Below the pieces are notes generated by a model. The model worked only from the letters and a program-made list of their open reading frames with translations. It was not told where the DNA came from and searched no databases. The position numbers were made by a program, and so were the translations under genes. A DNA stretch of 63,484 nt, counting the filler, from Craspedostauros australis (taxonomy: Eukaryota), in the NCBI GenBank assembly GCA_030167865.1. It is 18 parts of 18 records of this genome, joined end to end, with 100 filler letters (N's around TTAATTAATTAA, not from the genome) between each part and the next. Parts side by side here need not be neighbours in the genome. Positions count along the whole stretch, not along the records: positions 1 to 24,561 come from JALAGF010000321.1; 17 more parts are not named here. One strand, given 5' to 3'. Shown in pieces: positions 10,268-20,384 of this stretch. How positions within the stretch are numbered: the first letter of the stretch is position 1; the number at the start of each line of letters is the position of its first letter.

Positions 10268-12289
10268 TCACGCCGCGGTCCCTCTTCCCAGCGTCGTGAC
10301 AGCATTGCGCGTCAAGTAGACGTACTCCTCTTTGGACAAGCCGACCGCCTGCGCAGATCCCGGAGTCTTGGTGAGCTCCTGCGTGAAGCGCAATTCCAAC
10401 AACACCATGTCCAGCAGAATGACGGTCATGGCCTTCCATTCCGCAAGCGCAAGCTTCGCCACGGGCGTGCTGTAATCGAACACTCTCAAGAAATCTGCCA
10501 GCCGCCGCTCCGCCTTGCGTTTGACGTGGACCATGTCATCGGCCTTGCCCGATGTCAGCTCGTTGAGGCAACGTGGGAGGTTCATCTTGATCATCGCCAT
10601 CAATCCGGCACAGCGCGACGCGCCGACATCGGAACGATCCACCTGTGGCGCCCACTCGGTGGACGCTGCAATTGTAGGGGTCGTGCTGGGAGAATTTGCA
10701 TTGGCGCCCGCTTTATTGTCGCCGTCGGTGTTGCCGTCCTGCTCGGCGCTGGCTTGTAGTTTTTGCTGGTTCGTGACGTCAATCACCAGCCGCTGTAACC
10801 ATTGGACGGCTTGGGGCGTGATCCATTCAGCGATGACATTCCAAAACTTCATGAATGCTCTCTGTGACGACGGATCGTTGGTGGATCCGTTGGCATCAGC
10901 TCCTTCGCCATCCATGGTGTTGATATCATCACCGCCGCCATCGTCGTCGTTGTAGTATTCGTCCGATAGCTTGCACGATTCTAACATTTCCATCAAACTG
11001 GCATCGTCGCCGTCGTCATCATCGCCTTCAGGAGTGTCTTCTTTGTCGAGGTTGTTCTGGTTTTCATTATCCGCATCGTCGAAATCTTCGTCAGCATTGT
11101 CGTCGTCATCATCATCAAATATGTCCATTCTTCCTTTGAAGGCTTTGTACTGCGCTGCCCTTGCAACCTCCTCTTCTTCCTTGGCCTCCACACGGTAGTC
11201 CTTGTATTCCGCGGGAGACATGCACGAGAATGAGATGTTTGCTTCCACCATCTGGGTGTCGTCAGTGATGACATCTGGATTTTGCGGCATTTCATGACCA
11301 GCCGCAACCAGCAATTCCTCGACAGAGTTCAGAATAAGGGGATTCTCGTCTCCGTCATCTTCACCATTATCCTCTGCGTTGTCTTCGCCTTCGTCGGTCC
11401 TCTTGCGTGCAGTATTGCTCGAGCCGACTTTGGCTGGCGGTACCGATGCCGCGTTTGCTTGCTTCGATGACGCCTGCGGTCCGCCCGAAACATTTGCTGG
11501 CGATGGAACGTTCTGATCAAACTTGACGGACGCAATGTGTGATGATTGTGGCACATAACCCTCCACCGCAGAGGCTTGTAGCGATGAGGTTGCTGCGGAA
11601 CCTGTCTTCTTCTTTTGTCGAGACGAGACCTTGCGTCTTCTGGGACGGACGCTTGGATCTCGCTCCACCACGAATTTCTTGCAGACAACTGGTCCGGATC
11701 TCGCTGCCGCTTCTGGCGCAGGTTTCAGATCTTGCGTCTCCGATACCATGGTTGGTAGAAATCGGGATCCTGATGACTGCATGATCATGGACGACTCGTG
11801 CATTACCGGTTGCTGGAGCTGGTGCTGTTTGTTGGCTGAGGTGTACTTGGGCGCTTTCAGAATGCTCTTGGGCGTCTCGCTACTCACAACAGTCTCGTGC
11901 TCGTGCTTCTTCGTGGTGGGATCCTTGGCCGTCTCCATAATGTTTGGTGGAGATGAGACAACGACCACACTCTGTGCGGCTGTACCTGTAGCCGCAGGTG
12001 CAGCTGTACCACCACCACCCACTCCCATCCATGCCTTCATCCGCGAGTTGGTCGAATTCACGCTTCCTCCATCTTTCACATTCGCAGCGGCGAGAGCCGC
12101 ATCTGCTTTGGTGCCAACAGCGGTGCGAGTGGGAGTAGGCGGAGGACTTGCAGTCGCTGTCGTCTTCTGCGCTTTGCCCCGACTCCGCACCCTTGGACGC
12201 ACATGGCTCGATGGCCTCTCAGAGGGGCTCTCCATCGCCACTTTCTGCTGTTCTTGTTGATGATGATGTTGTTCCTTCTGCTCTGTCAT
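10268..12289 (-). CDS. 673-aa protein: low-complexity/acidic N-terminal two-thirds plus a C-terminal helical domain resembling the RPAP2 C-terminus
   Basis: Long stop-free ORF. AFMKFWNVIAEWIT...LADFLRVFDYSTPVAKLALAEWKAMTVILL recalls the C-terminal region of RPAP2/RIMA proteins (by-eye inference). Contains KSILK. Confidence 0.6.
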   Translation of the reverse strand: MTEQKEQHHHQQEQQKVAMESPSERPSSHVRPRVRSRGKAQKTTATASPPPTPTRTAVGTKADAALAAANVKDGGSVNSTNSRMKAWMGVGGGGTAAPAATGTAAQSVVVVSSPPNIMETAKDPTTKKHEHETVVSSETPKSILKAPKYTSANKQHQLQQPVMHESSMIMQSSGSRFLPTMVSETQDLKPAPEAAARSGPVVCKKFVVERDPSVRPRRRKVSSRQKKKTGSAATSSLQASAVEGYVPQSSHIASVKFDQNVPSPANVSGGPQASSKQANAASVPPAKVGSSNTARKRTDEGEDNAEDNGEDDGDENPLILNSVEELLVAAGHEMPQNPDVITDDTQMVEANISFSCMSPAEYKDYRVEAKEEEEVARAAQYKAFKGRMDIFDDDDDDNADEDFDDADNENQNNLDKEDTPEGDDDDGDDASLMEMLESCKLSDEYYNDDDGGGDDINTMDGEGADANGSTNDPSSQRAFMKFWNVIAEWITPQAVQWLQRLVIDVTNQQKLQASAEQDGNTDGDNKAGANANSPSTTPTIAASTEWAPQVDRSDVGASRCAGLMAMIKMNLPRCLNELTSGKADDMVHVKRKAERRLADFLRVFDYSTPVAKLALAEWKAMTVILLDMVLLELRFTQELTKTPGSAQAVGLSKEEYVYLTRNAVTTLGRGTAA

Positions 12290-12939
12290 CCTCCTTTGAT
12301 TGTAAATTGTGAATTGAGTGGCGAGTTATGGGCGGAAGCAATCGTACGGTACGACTTTGCGCTCGCACAAGCAACCAAATCGAACCAAACTGCCGCGCGC
12401 CACACCCGTTTGGTGTTGTGGATTGAATGGTGATTGTTTGGTGATTGCTGGTGCCTTGTTTGAGAAGCGTTCTCGTGGGTGTGTTGCGCTGTGTTTCGGG
12501 TTTCGCGGTTTTGTGTTTCGTGATTTTAGTCTGTTGAGTCGATAGATGCTCCAAACGTGGACTCCAGGAACACACGATTGAATTTCTAAGTCCATGTAGT
12601 CGTAGATCAACAAAGACATATCGACGATCTCTCTGCAGAAGTACAGAGTATGATACGTGGAGACGGAGGGCAAAGCCTCGTACTTGACAGCTCATACATA
12701 ACACCGGAGGCATGATACGACCAAGTCGTCTTGCTGTAGATCGCACAATCGAGATCAAATGATGTCGACGGATGATGATATTACTATTCTCTTCACATTT
12801 ACGAGTACTTGTAGATACAGCCCGAGGTCCCAGGATGGCGGCATTCTTCTTTCACAAACACGGGGCGAGCGAACATGCCTGTGCAGAGTACGCTGCTCTA
12901 CTGCGCTGTTCCTGCTCCTGCGGATTCTCTACGCTAACT

Positions 12940-15145
12940 TCAATTTGGCGTCTGAATCTTGGCAACCTTGCGGGTCTTCACCATGACGGCGACGATGTAC
13001 ATGATCTTGTACACTGCACCGATGGCCAGCAGGGTGGCGATGTCTTGTGCCACATTGTCCTCGGTCTCAATGACAGGGAAGACCTTGCCGATCTCCTCCA
13101 ATGCCTCATCGCTCGTCAAGCCGTCGCTGAAGGTGGTGTCTTGGAAGACGGTGTACATAGTGCTGCGGATGTAGTACGCGTATGGCATGATGTAGTAGAA
13201 GAGCTTCAATGGCCAGTAGAGGTCGGACTCTGGGATGAGGAATCCACCGAACAGGAAACTGCCGAACCAGAAGTTCATGAACTGGAGCATGCCGATGATT
13301 GGATCATCGAACAGCACGGACAGCGCTTCGGCAACGCTCTCGAAGACGAACATGAGTGAGGCATAGAGGATGACGTGGATGCCGAATGCCTCCCATGGCA
13401 TATCCTGAATGAGGTATCCTGGAATCAGAAGGGAGAAGAACGCAAAGATGATGAAGATTGGTAGCACAAGCATGGACTTGGCGAAGACGTAGGTACCGGC
13501 GGAGACCATTCCGTTCTGCGATTCACGTTGGATGGACTTGAACTCGTCGTTGAGTGCGTAAACGGCCACGACTCCCACTGTTGTTGTTGAAGGCGTATGC
13601 CAATTGTTGTGGCAACGGTGATGAAGAGACGACAAGAGGAATGCTTGGTGAGCGAAACGTTGGTTTCAATGGAGTTGATCAATCAGCAGGCAGTCATCGT
13701 CCCATCTATCTGTTCAACGTATTGCTGTACTTACTGTTGGTTGGAACGGAGGCGATCCAAAGCTGGATCCACATCTTGCTGTACAGCTGGTCAAAGTCGT
13801 TGTCGCGGGCGTTCCAGTACACGAATGCGAAGACCATGCACATGACGAGGAAGATCAAGCAACGACCAAGGTAGAGTATGGGGTCGCGGGTGATGAGCCA
13901 GAAGTGACGCTTGAACATGATGCCCACCTCGACCGAGAAGGATGCGCCCTTGATCTTCTCGACGCCCACGGCTTCGTCGTCATCGTCATCGGCGAATTCC
14001 GTTCCGTGGGTAGATCCTCCGTGCGACGAAGCGTTCTTGGCCTTGTGCTGATCCCACAGATTGAGGATGTTCTCGACTTCTTCCTCACCGGAGAAATCAG
14101 AGTTGACCAGGTCAAGGAAGTGCTCGGCCGGGTTGGTTGCATCTGGAAGAGGGTATCCGATGCGGTCGAAGTATGGTGCGGCTTTGTCGGCATCGCCAGA
14201 AAAGGCCTGACGACCGCGGCTCATGATCATGACTTGATCGAATCCATTGTACACCTTGGTGGATGGCTGATGGATGGTACACACGATGATTATGTTCTCA
14301 GCCTTGGCAACACGAGAGATCTCCTGCATGATGTTGGATGCCGCAGCTGCATCCAATCCACTGGTGGGTTCGTCAAGGAAGAGGAGGGTTGGTTGCTTGA
14401 GGAGAGCGACGGCGATGCTCAGACGTCTCTTCTGTCCACCGCTGAGGCGTGCGCAACGCGTGTCGGCGCAGACGTTGAGACCCATCTTCTCGATGATGCG
14501 ATCGGCGATCTCGGGGATCGTCTGCGGGGTTCCAACATCGTACAGCCCGGCGGCGTAGATCAAGCTCTCACGCGTTGTGAGGTAAGGCCAATGCTTGTCG
14601 TGCTGCTTGACAACTGTAGGCAATTCATTCATCGGTTGGTCGATTGGGTGGGGCGTGGCAAACACGGTCGACGGAATTGAAAAGTGCAGAAGTAGAAGCA
14701 GGGTGAGAGGACAAGATATCGAGTTGCAGGAAGGCATGGTACTGTGTCGCTGCAAATCATTCATGCACTTACCGAAGCAATGCTTCTTGAAGATCTTGCC
14801 AGACAATGGCAGACCGTTGAGGGTAACAGATCCAGATGGCTCGCCGTAGAAGGCATCCAATGTCAATGCGTTGATCAACGTGGTCTTTCCTGCTCCGGAA
14901 GGTCCCATGATGGCCAGCACCCGCCCGTGCTTGACCTTGCCGCTGACATTCTCGAGGATGTGCTTCTTCTTGTCGCCGCTCCCGACGACGAAGTTGACAT
15001 CGCGGAACTTGAAGACGGAGGACTCCATGAGGGTGGTGGCGTTCCCCTTGGATCGCCCCATGTCGGATGCCTTGGTCTCGTTGTCGGCATCGACCTCGGT
15101 GGGCACGCCCACTTCGACGTCGTCGTTGTTTGCTGTGGAAGTCAT
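12940..15145 (-). CDS. ABCG (White-family) half transporter; exons 15145-14773, 14613-13735, 13577-12940 (629 aa)
   Basis: Walker A GPSGAGKTT, signature LSGGQKRR, Walker B LFLDEPTSGLD, CTIHQP, NPAEH, then TM domain. Both GTAAG...CAG introns restore frame (total 1890 nt). Confidence 0.93.
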
Positions 15146-16063
15146 GTTGGCCGTTGTTTTGCGTGTTTTGCTCGTGTTGGTTTCGAATACTTTCGATTGC
15201 TTTGGTCGGTGCGAGTCGATGTGTTGGTGGATGCTTGTTGCTTGGTTGCTTGATTGCTGGATGTTTCAAATTATGAGCTGATGGTGGAGTGGAGATCTCT
15301 CGGCGTGTGTTTGCACCTTGCACCTTACGTGCTGTCGTGTGTGTTGTTGTTTGCATCGTATGATGCTTCCTTGCGTGATGGTCGCCACATTTTTGTTGGT
15401 GGTGGTGGTATCGTTCATGATGGTGGTGACATGCGTGAAGGTATCCTGCAACGATCGTGGGAGAAAATATGGAGGCGGTTGCCTCATGTTCTCGGAATTG
15501 GAGTCAGAGGCGGAGTCCAAAGCAAACACTTCGGGCAGGCGGGAACAATTGGGAAAGTTAGAGGCGGATCGCATCTTCGAAGCGGAGGCTGATGGCACAT
15601 CATGTGGTGTCATGTTCGTCAGTTTCGCCACGACATGAAGGCGGATCGGATCGATGATGTGCGGAGATGTTCCGACGAATGAGGATGTGATCATGAAGGC
15701 GGAAAAATGGTGGCGGTTCTTGGATCAGTTTGGTGTTCTACAATCCGCCCTCAAAAAGTTGTTGACACCATATTCGTGACTAGATGTATCATGTGGTTCA
15801 CGAGTTGTGTGATGGCGTAGACTTCAAATTAACATAGGGTAGATGTATGTGTTGATCTACAGCGCTCGTGTGCCCAAACAGTCGCGAAGGGCCCATCAAG
15901 TAGTGCCGACACCGCATCATACGTTTAGAGTACACGTTAGCAGCATGAATTTTGGAGTCGAGGAGCGGTATCATTCTACTGGAGTTTGCTTCTATCTATA
16001 TCTGTGTGTGTATGGTTCCAGTACGCACGTTTGAGTACACGCGGTGAAGCATTCCCGCTCACG

Positions 16064-17800
16064 CTACTCGACGATGTTCCGGCCATTTGATTTGATTACT
16101 TCCGCGTACCAATCGCCCGAGTGCTTGGTCGTTCTTTGGAGCGTGTCGAAATCGACGTACACCATGCCGAACCGGCGTTGATAGCCGAACTCCCACTCGA
16201 AGTTATCCATCAAGCTCCATGCGAAGTAGCCCATCAGTCGGACACCCATCTGCTTCGCTTCGCGCGCTGCGCGGAGGTAGTCTTCGAAGTACTCCTTGCG
16301 AAGGACATCGTGCAATGCGCTTTGCAGGTCCTCCTCGTTCTCCGACGTGCCATTCTCCGTAATGAATATGGCAGGGTCGCCGTATCGTTGCGATATCCAC
16401 AGCAAGAGGTCGCGACAACCATCGGGGACGACGTTCCATCCCATGTAGTTCTGTCTCCATTCGGGCCTGTCTGAGAACTCCACGTTCATGTCTCCCCAGT
16501 AGCCGCCGTACGTTGGTTTTTGCTTCGGCAATGCAACCACCAACGACGAGTAGTGGTTGAGGCCGATGAAGTCTGGCTTTCCCTGCAGGAGCACAGCTTT
16601 GTCCGCGTCGGAGAATACAGGTAACTGCCCCGCGAGTATGTCCTTCATTGCTTGTGGATAATCGCCAAAGTAGAATGGGTCCGTGAACCAGCCCAACTGG
16701 AAGAGTATTGCGCGCTCCGCGGCGTCGATGTCGCCTTGGCTATCGCTTGCGGGGTATCGGAAGTCGCCACTGTTGGATATCCCGATGATCCCGCCTTGCT
16801 CCGATTGGAACTGGGTCTTGTAGAGAATGGCTGCCCTGGCATGCGCCAGGATCAAGTGATGACCAGCAACGTAGGTTGCGAATGGCACGGTGTCGCTTTC
16901 GCCTGGCGCCTTCGTGCCACCCGTGTAGCCGGGCACGGCCACCGTCCATGCCTCGTTGATGGTGACCCAATGCTTCACGCGGTCGCCAAATGCGTCAAAG
17001 CAAACCTGTGCGTAGTTTACGAAATCGGCAACGATGCGTTCGTCGAGCCAACCGCCGTACTCATCTTGCAGGCCCTGCGGAAGGTCCCAATGGTACAGCG
17101 TGATCCATGGCTCGATGCCGTGCTGCAGCAGCAGGTTGATGATGCTGTTGTAAAAGGCGATCCCATCCTGGTTTACGGCGCCCTTGCCCGTGGGAAGGAT
17201 CCTCGACCAGGCGATGGAGAAGCGGTAAGCCTTGACGCCCATCTCGGCCATCAATCGGATGTCCTGCTCGTGCAGATGGTAGTGATCGCATGCAACATCG
17301 CCCGAGCTGTGATCGAGAATATGATTGGCATTGTCATGCGTGAAGGTGTCCCAAATCGTCGTGCCGCGACCACCCTCGTTGACGCCGCCCTCGATTTGGT
17401 AGCTGGATGTGCCAACGCCCCATACGAAGTCCTCACCGAATTCTGGTGGTTCGGCATTGCTCAGGTCGCCGAAGATAGTCAACGGTGATGACAATGACGA
17501 GGAGAAGTATGACGCTATAGCGATGGCTGCAATGACGATCACGATTATTGCCACCGCATACCTCGTGCAATGTCGGTTGGGTCTTCTCCTTGTACCCGTA
17601 GCATCTCCTATTCCTGACGACGATGGCAACGACAGTTCTAATGGAGGGTGCTCGCTTGCGTTTTTGGTGTTGATGACTGACAGCTGTCGTGGATCGCTGA
17701 CGTATTCACCGTGCGCGGTGGCAGGTGTCAACAACTCCGTCGTTTCGCCGGGTTGCTGCTGCCGCTCACGTTCATCTCTCATGTCCAGAGTAACCATCAT
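16064..17800 (-). CDS. Glycoside hydrolase family 1 beta-glucosidase with N-terminal membrane anchor (about 578 aa)
   Basis: FVWGVGTSSYQIEG, ACDHYH, YRFSIAWSRI, TLYHWDLP, catalytic TINE and ITENG, WSLMDNFEW. TM segment YAVAIIVIVIAAIAIASYF. Start placed at ATG 17800. Confidence 0.94.
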   Translation of the reverse strand: MMVTLDMRDERERQQQPGETTELLTPATAHGEYVSDPRQLSVINTKNASEHPPLELSLPSSSGIGDATGTRRRPNRHCTRYAVAIIVIVIAAIAIASYFSSSLSSPLTIFGDLSNAEPPEFGEDFVWGVGTSSYQIEGGVNEGGRGTTIWDTFTHDNANHILDHSSGDVACDHYHLHEQDIRLMAEMGVKAYRFSIAWSRILPTGKGAVNQDGIAFYNSIINLLLQHGIEPWITLYHWDLPQGLQDEYGGWLDERIVADFVNYAQVCFDAFGDRVKHWVTINEAWTVAVPGYTGGTKAPGESDTVPFATYVAGHHLILAHARAAILYKTQFQSEQGGIIGISNSGDFRYPASDSQGDIDAAERAILFQLGWFTDPFYFGDYPQAMKDILAGQLPVFSDADKAVLLQGKPDFIGLNHYSSLVVALPKQKPTYGGYWGDMNVEFSDRPEWRQNYMGWNVVPDGCRDLLLWISQRYGDPAIFITENGTSENEEDLQSALHDVLRKEYFEDYLRAAREAKQMGVRLMGYFAWSLMDNFEWEFGYQRRFGMVYVDFDTLQRTTKHSGDWYAEVIKSNGRNIVE

Positions 17801-18410
17801 CCACGAAAGCGGGAAGGGAGATGTTGCGATGTTGTGTGTTGTGTGTTGTTGTGCTGTGTTGTTGTGCTGTGTTGTGTTGTCTTTGTGCTCTGGTCTGACA
17901 ATCATAACACGAGCAGAGTGGTTGGTGGAAACTGTTGGGTGGTTTTGTGTGGCAAGGAGGATCGTTGTTGTTTCATTTGGACGGCTCTCGGCGAAATTGT
18001 TCACGTTCCGATCCCACCGTGTTGAAGTTGTGACCTCGTGTGAACTGGTTCTCCCTCTTTCTCCAGTACGAGATCTGTGGTACCAATACGCAGCCCGTCG
18101 CAAAGGGAGACATCGCAGCGTGCCGCACTGCATCCGCAAGTGCTCCTGCCATACGAGCTCGTCGATCAGTAGGCTACGCGTGCTACTACTATGCTCTATT
18201 GTCCTCAATTTTATGATCAGTTCACGGCAAGTTACGAATATTGAGGCGTTTATTGTTTGAAACGACAGCCCACCCAATGATCAAACGAATCGATACTGTT
18301 GACGCCATCGCTCAAGTCTCCCGGCATGCCCAAGGATAAGACCTGCTCTACTTGCATCGCCATCAACGTATCTTTCGATTCCATACCACGAAAAGAGAGA
18401 TGCACGATCA

Positions 18411-19607
18411 TCATGGTTTCTTCTCATGCTCTGCATTGTCCTCTTCTGATGATGACACTGATGCTGGCTCTCCTGGTGTTGACTCCGTACTGGGAGGTGT
18501 GGCGTATTCGCGAAGTGATTCTGGGAGACCGCCATCGAGCTTCATCACATCTGCATGACTGCTCGCAACTTTCACGTACTATCGCCGATTGATTGATTGA
18601 TCGATTGCGCATGGGATCGAAAAGAGGATGAATGGGAGGTTCCGCCAACGTCATTCATTAATCGTGAGAGAGCATTGCATGATGGTAACCCCTGCATACA
18701 TTCAGACTTGCATCGAGGAATGAAATTGTACAAGTGCGCACCATACGAGCCAAACCGCTCAGTGTAGCAGCAGTAGGGGTATGAAAGAAGTTCAAAATGC
18801 AGCAGATCGCAGGATGACAGAACAACCCCAACTGGCATAACACAACGCCATCCTCACCTCGCTTGATTGGTAATGTAATCGTTGCCGTTCTTTTGGAGTC
18901 AAGTCTCTCAATTTGCGTGCAGGGTTGCCTACCCACAGTTCGCCGCTGGAGATCTCCGTGTCCTTGGAGACCACAGCACCCGCAGCGATGAAAGATTCGT
19001 CACCGATCTGCACGCCTGGCAGCAGGACCGAACCCATGCCGATCAAGCAATTGTCGCCGATGGTTGCCGAATCTATCCTCGCCAAGTGTCCCACCGTCAC
19101 TCCATTGCCAATCTGCGTGTGATTCACCGTCGCGCTGATGAGGCAGCCGTCCTGTATGTTGGAGTTTTCTCCCACGAAGATGCCACCGCCGATGCTTGTC
19201 GTCCTGCCCTTGTCCAGCCGCTTGTCATCCAGCTCCCACACCTTCTTGGCCTCTTCGTCCGGGAGGATGAAGCTCCTGGCATTCTCGCAATTGTCAGCCC
19301 GCAAAATGGCCTTGTAGAAGATGGACGCGCCGGGTTCGATGCAGACGGACCCGATCATCGTGGCGCATGGGGCGATGAAGGCGGCATCGGGCGACACGAT
19401 GGGCTTGCCTCTCCACAGCAAGGGCATCTTCTGACGGTGCCGTGACAGATGGTCCTGGAAGATGATGGGATCGTCACCGATCTCACGCTTCGTTGTCGCC
19501 AGCATTTCTCCCTGGATGCCCACGCGGTCCAGGAATTGGCCCGTCTCTCGGAACGCCCTGCCCAGCGATTCGCGGAGCCTCATCACGATGGTTGGTTTGC
19601 GGCTCAT
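18411..19607 (-). CDS. Gamma carbonic anhydrase-like protein (mitochondrial complex I CA-domain type); exons 19607-18858 and 18578-18411 (305 aa)
   Basis: LGRAFRETGQFLDRVG, LSRHR, FIAP.A..IG.V, NIQD, VTVGH, hexapeptide repeats, GELWVGNPARKLR. The GTGAGG...ATAG intron gives QSSE|YVKVASSH, matching the family C-terminal helix. Confidence 0.88.
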
Positions 19608-19621
19608 GATGGTGGATTAAC

Positions 19622-19668
19622 TGCTTGGATTCGATCAATTGCTTGGATTCGAACAATTGCTTGGATTG
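19622..19668. repeat. 18-bp tandem repeat (TGCTTGGATTCGAwCAAT, about 2.6 copies) just upstream of the gamma-CA start codon
   Basis: tgcttggattcgatcaat tgcttggattcgaacaat tgcttggattg read directly. Confidence 0.8.
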
Positions 19669-20384
19669 ATGGATGCAATAGGTGACCACAGAACCGACAC
19701 TTGCGCTGTGTGGTGATGGTTCACAGTTCTGGAGATGATGCTGCACGTGCTCTTTGCCTCGTCCAGGACAGCTGGTTGATTGCTTGATTCGATGGTCGTT
19801 GCCTTTTTGTTGACTCCTGTTGATTTTGGTTGCACACAGAAGACCACTGAAGAAAGATGCGGACATCAAGAATCCACGATCGTGGGCGGTCGCTACAACA
19901 CCACCACCAACACATCATCAACAAAATTGGAACACGAATCGTGTCGTTGGGTTGGCGGGAATCATAGACTTGCCAGGATAGACGCAACAGTAGGATGGGG
20001 CATGTCTGTGGTCGATGAAGAGTCGTGCGAGTACGGCATATACATACACAATCGCACTTTGCGTGCACATGCTCTCTCTCTCTCTCTCTCCAGAGAGTCC
20101 AGGGAGCCACTATGTTGCAACCATTCGGACAGCCAACAGCATCAAGCTTGAAAAACTGGCGTTGCATTTGTGATACGCAACACCCCCACCGAAACAGGAA
20201 GATCGTACAATAGAAAGTAGCTGTTGGACTGTTAGTTACTATTGCAATTTACTGTCCAAAGTGTACCAGTGAACTGAGGAAGGAGACATCTTCAAGTCTT
20301 GCGTCAACCGCCCATACACTACGTATGACTACGTTCCTGCCCGACTGTCAACTTGCTGGCATCAACTCTGGTCTGTGCAGTCCC

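Noticed and set aside
17801..18277. N-terminal 158-aa extension of the GH1 ORF in the ORF track
   Set aside because: Starts at a non-ATG codon and runs through CAACA-type UTR-like repeats. The ATG at 17800 gives a sensible tail-TM-catalytic architecture.
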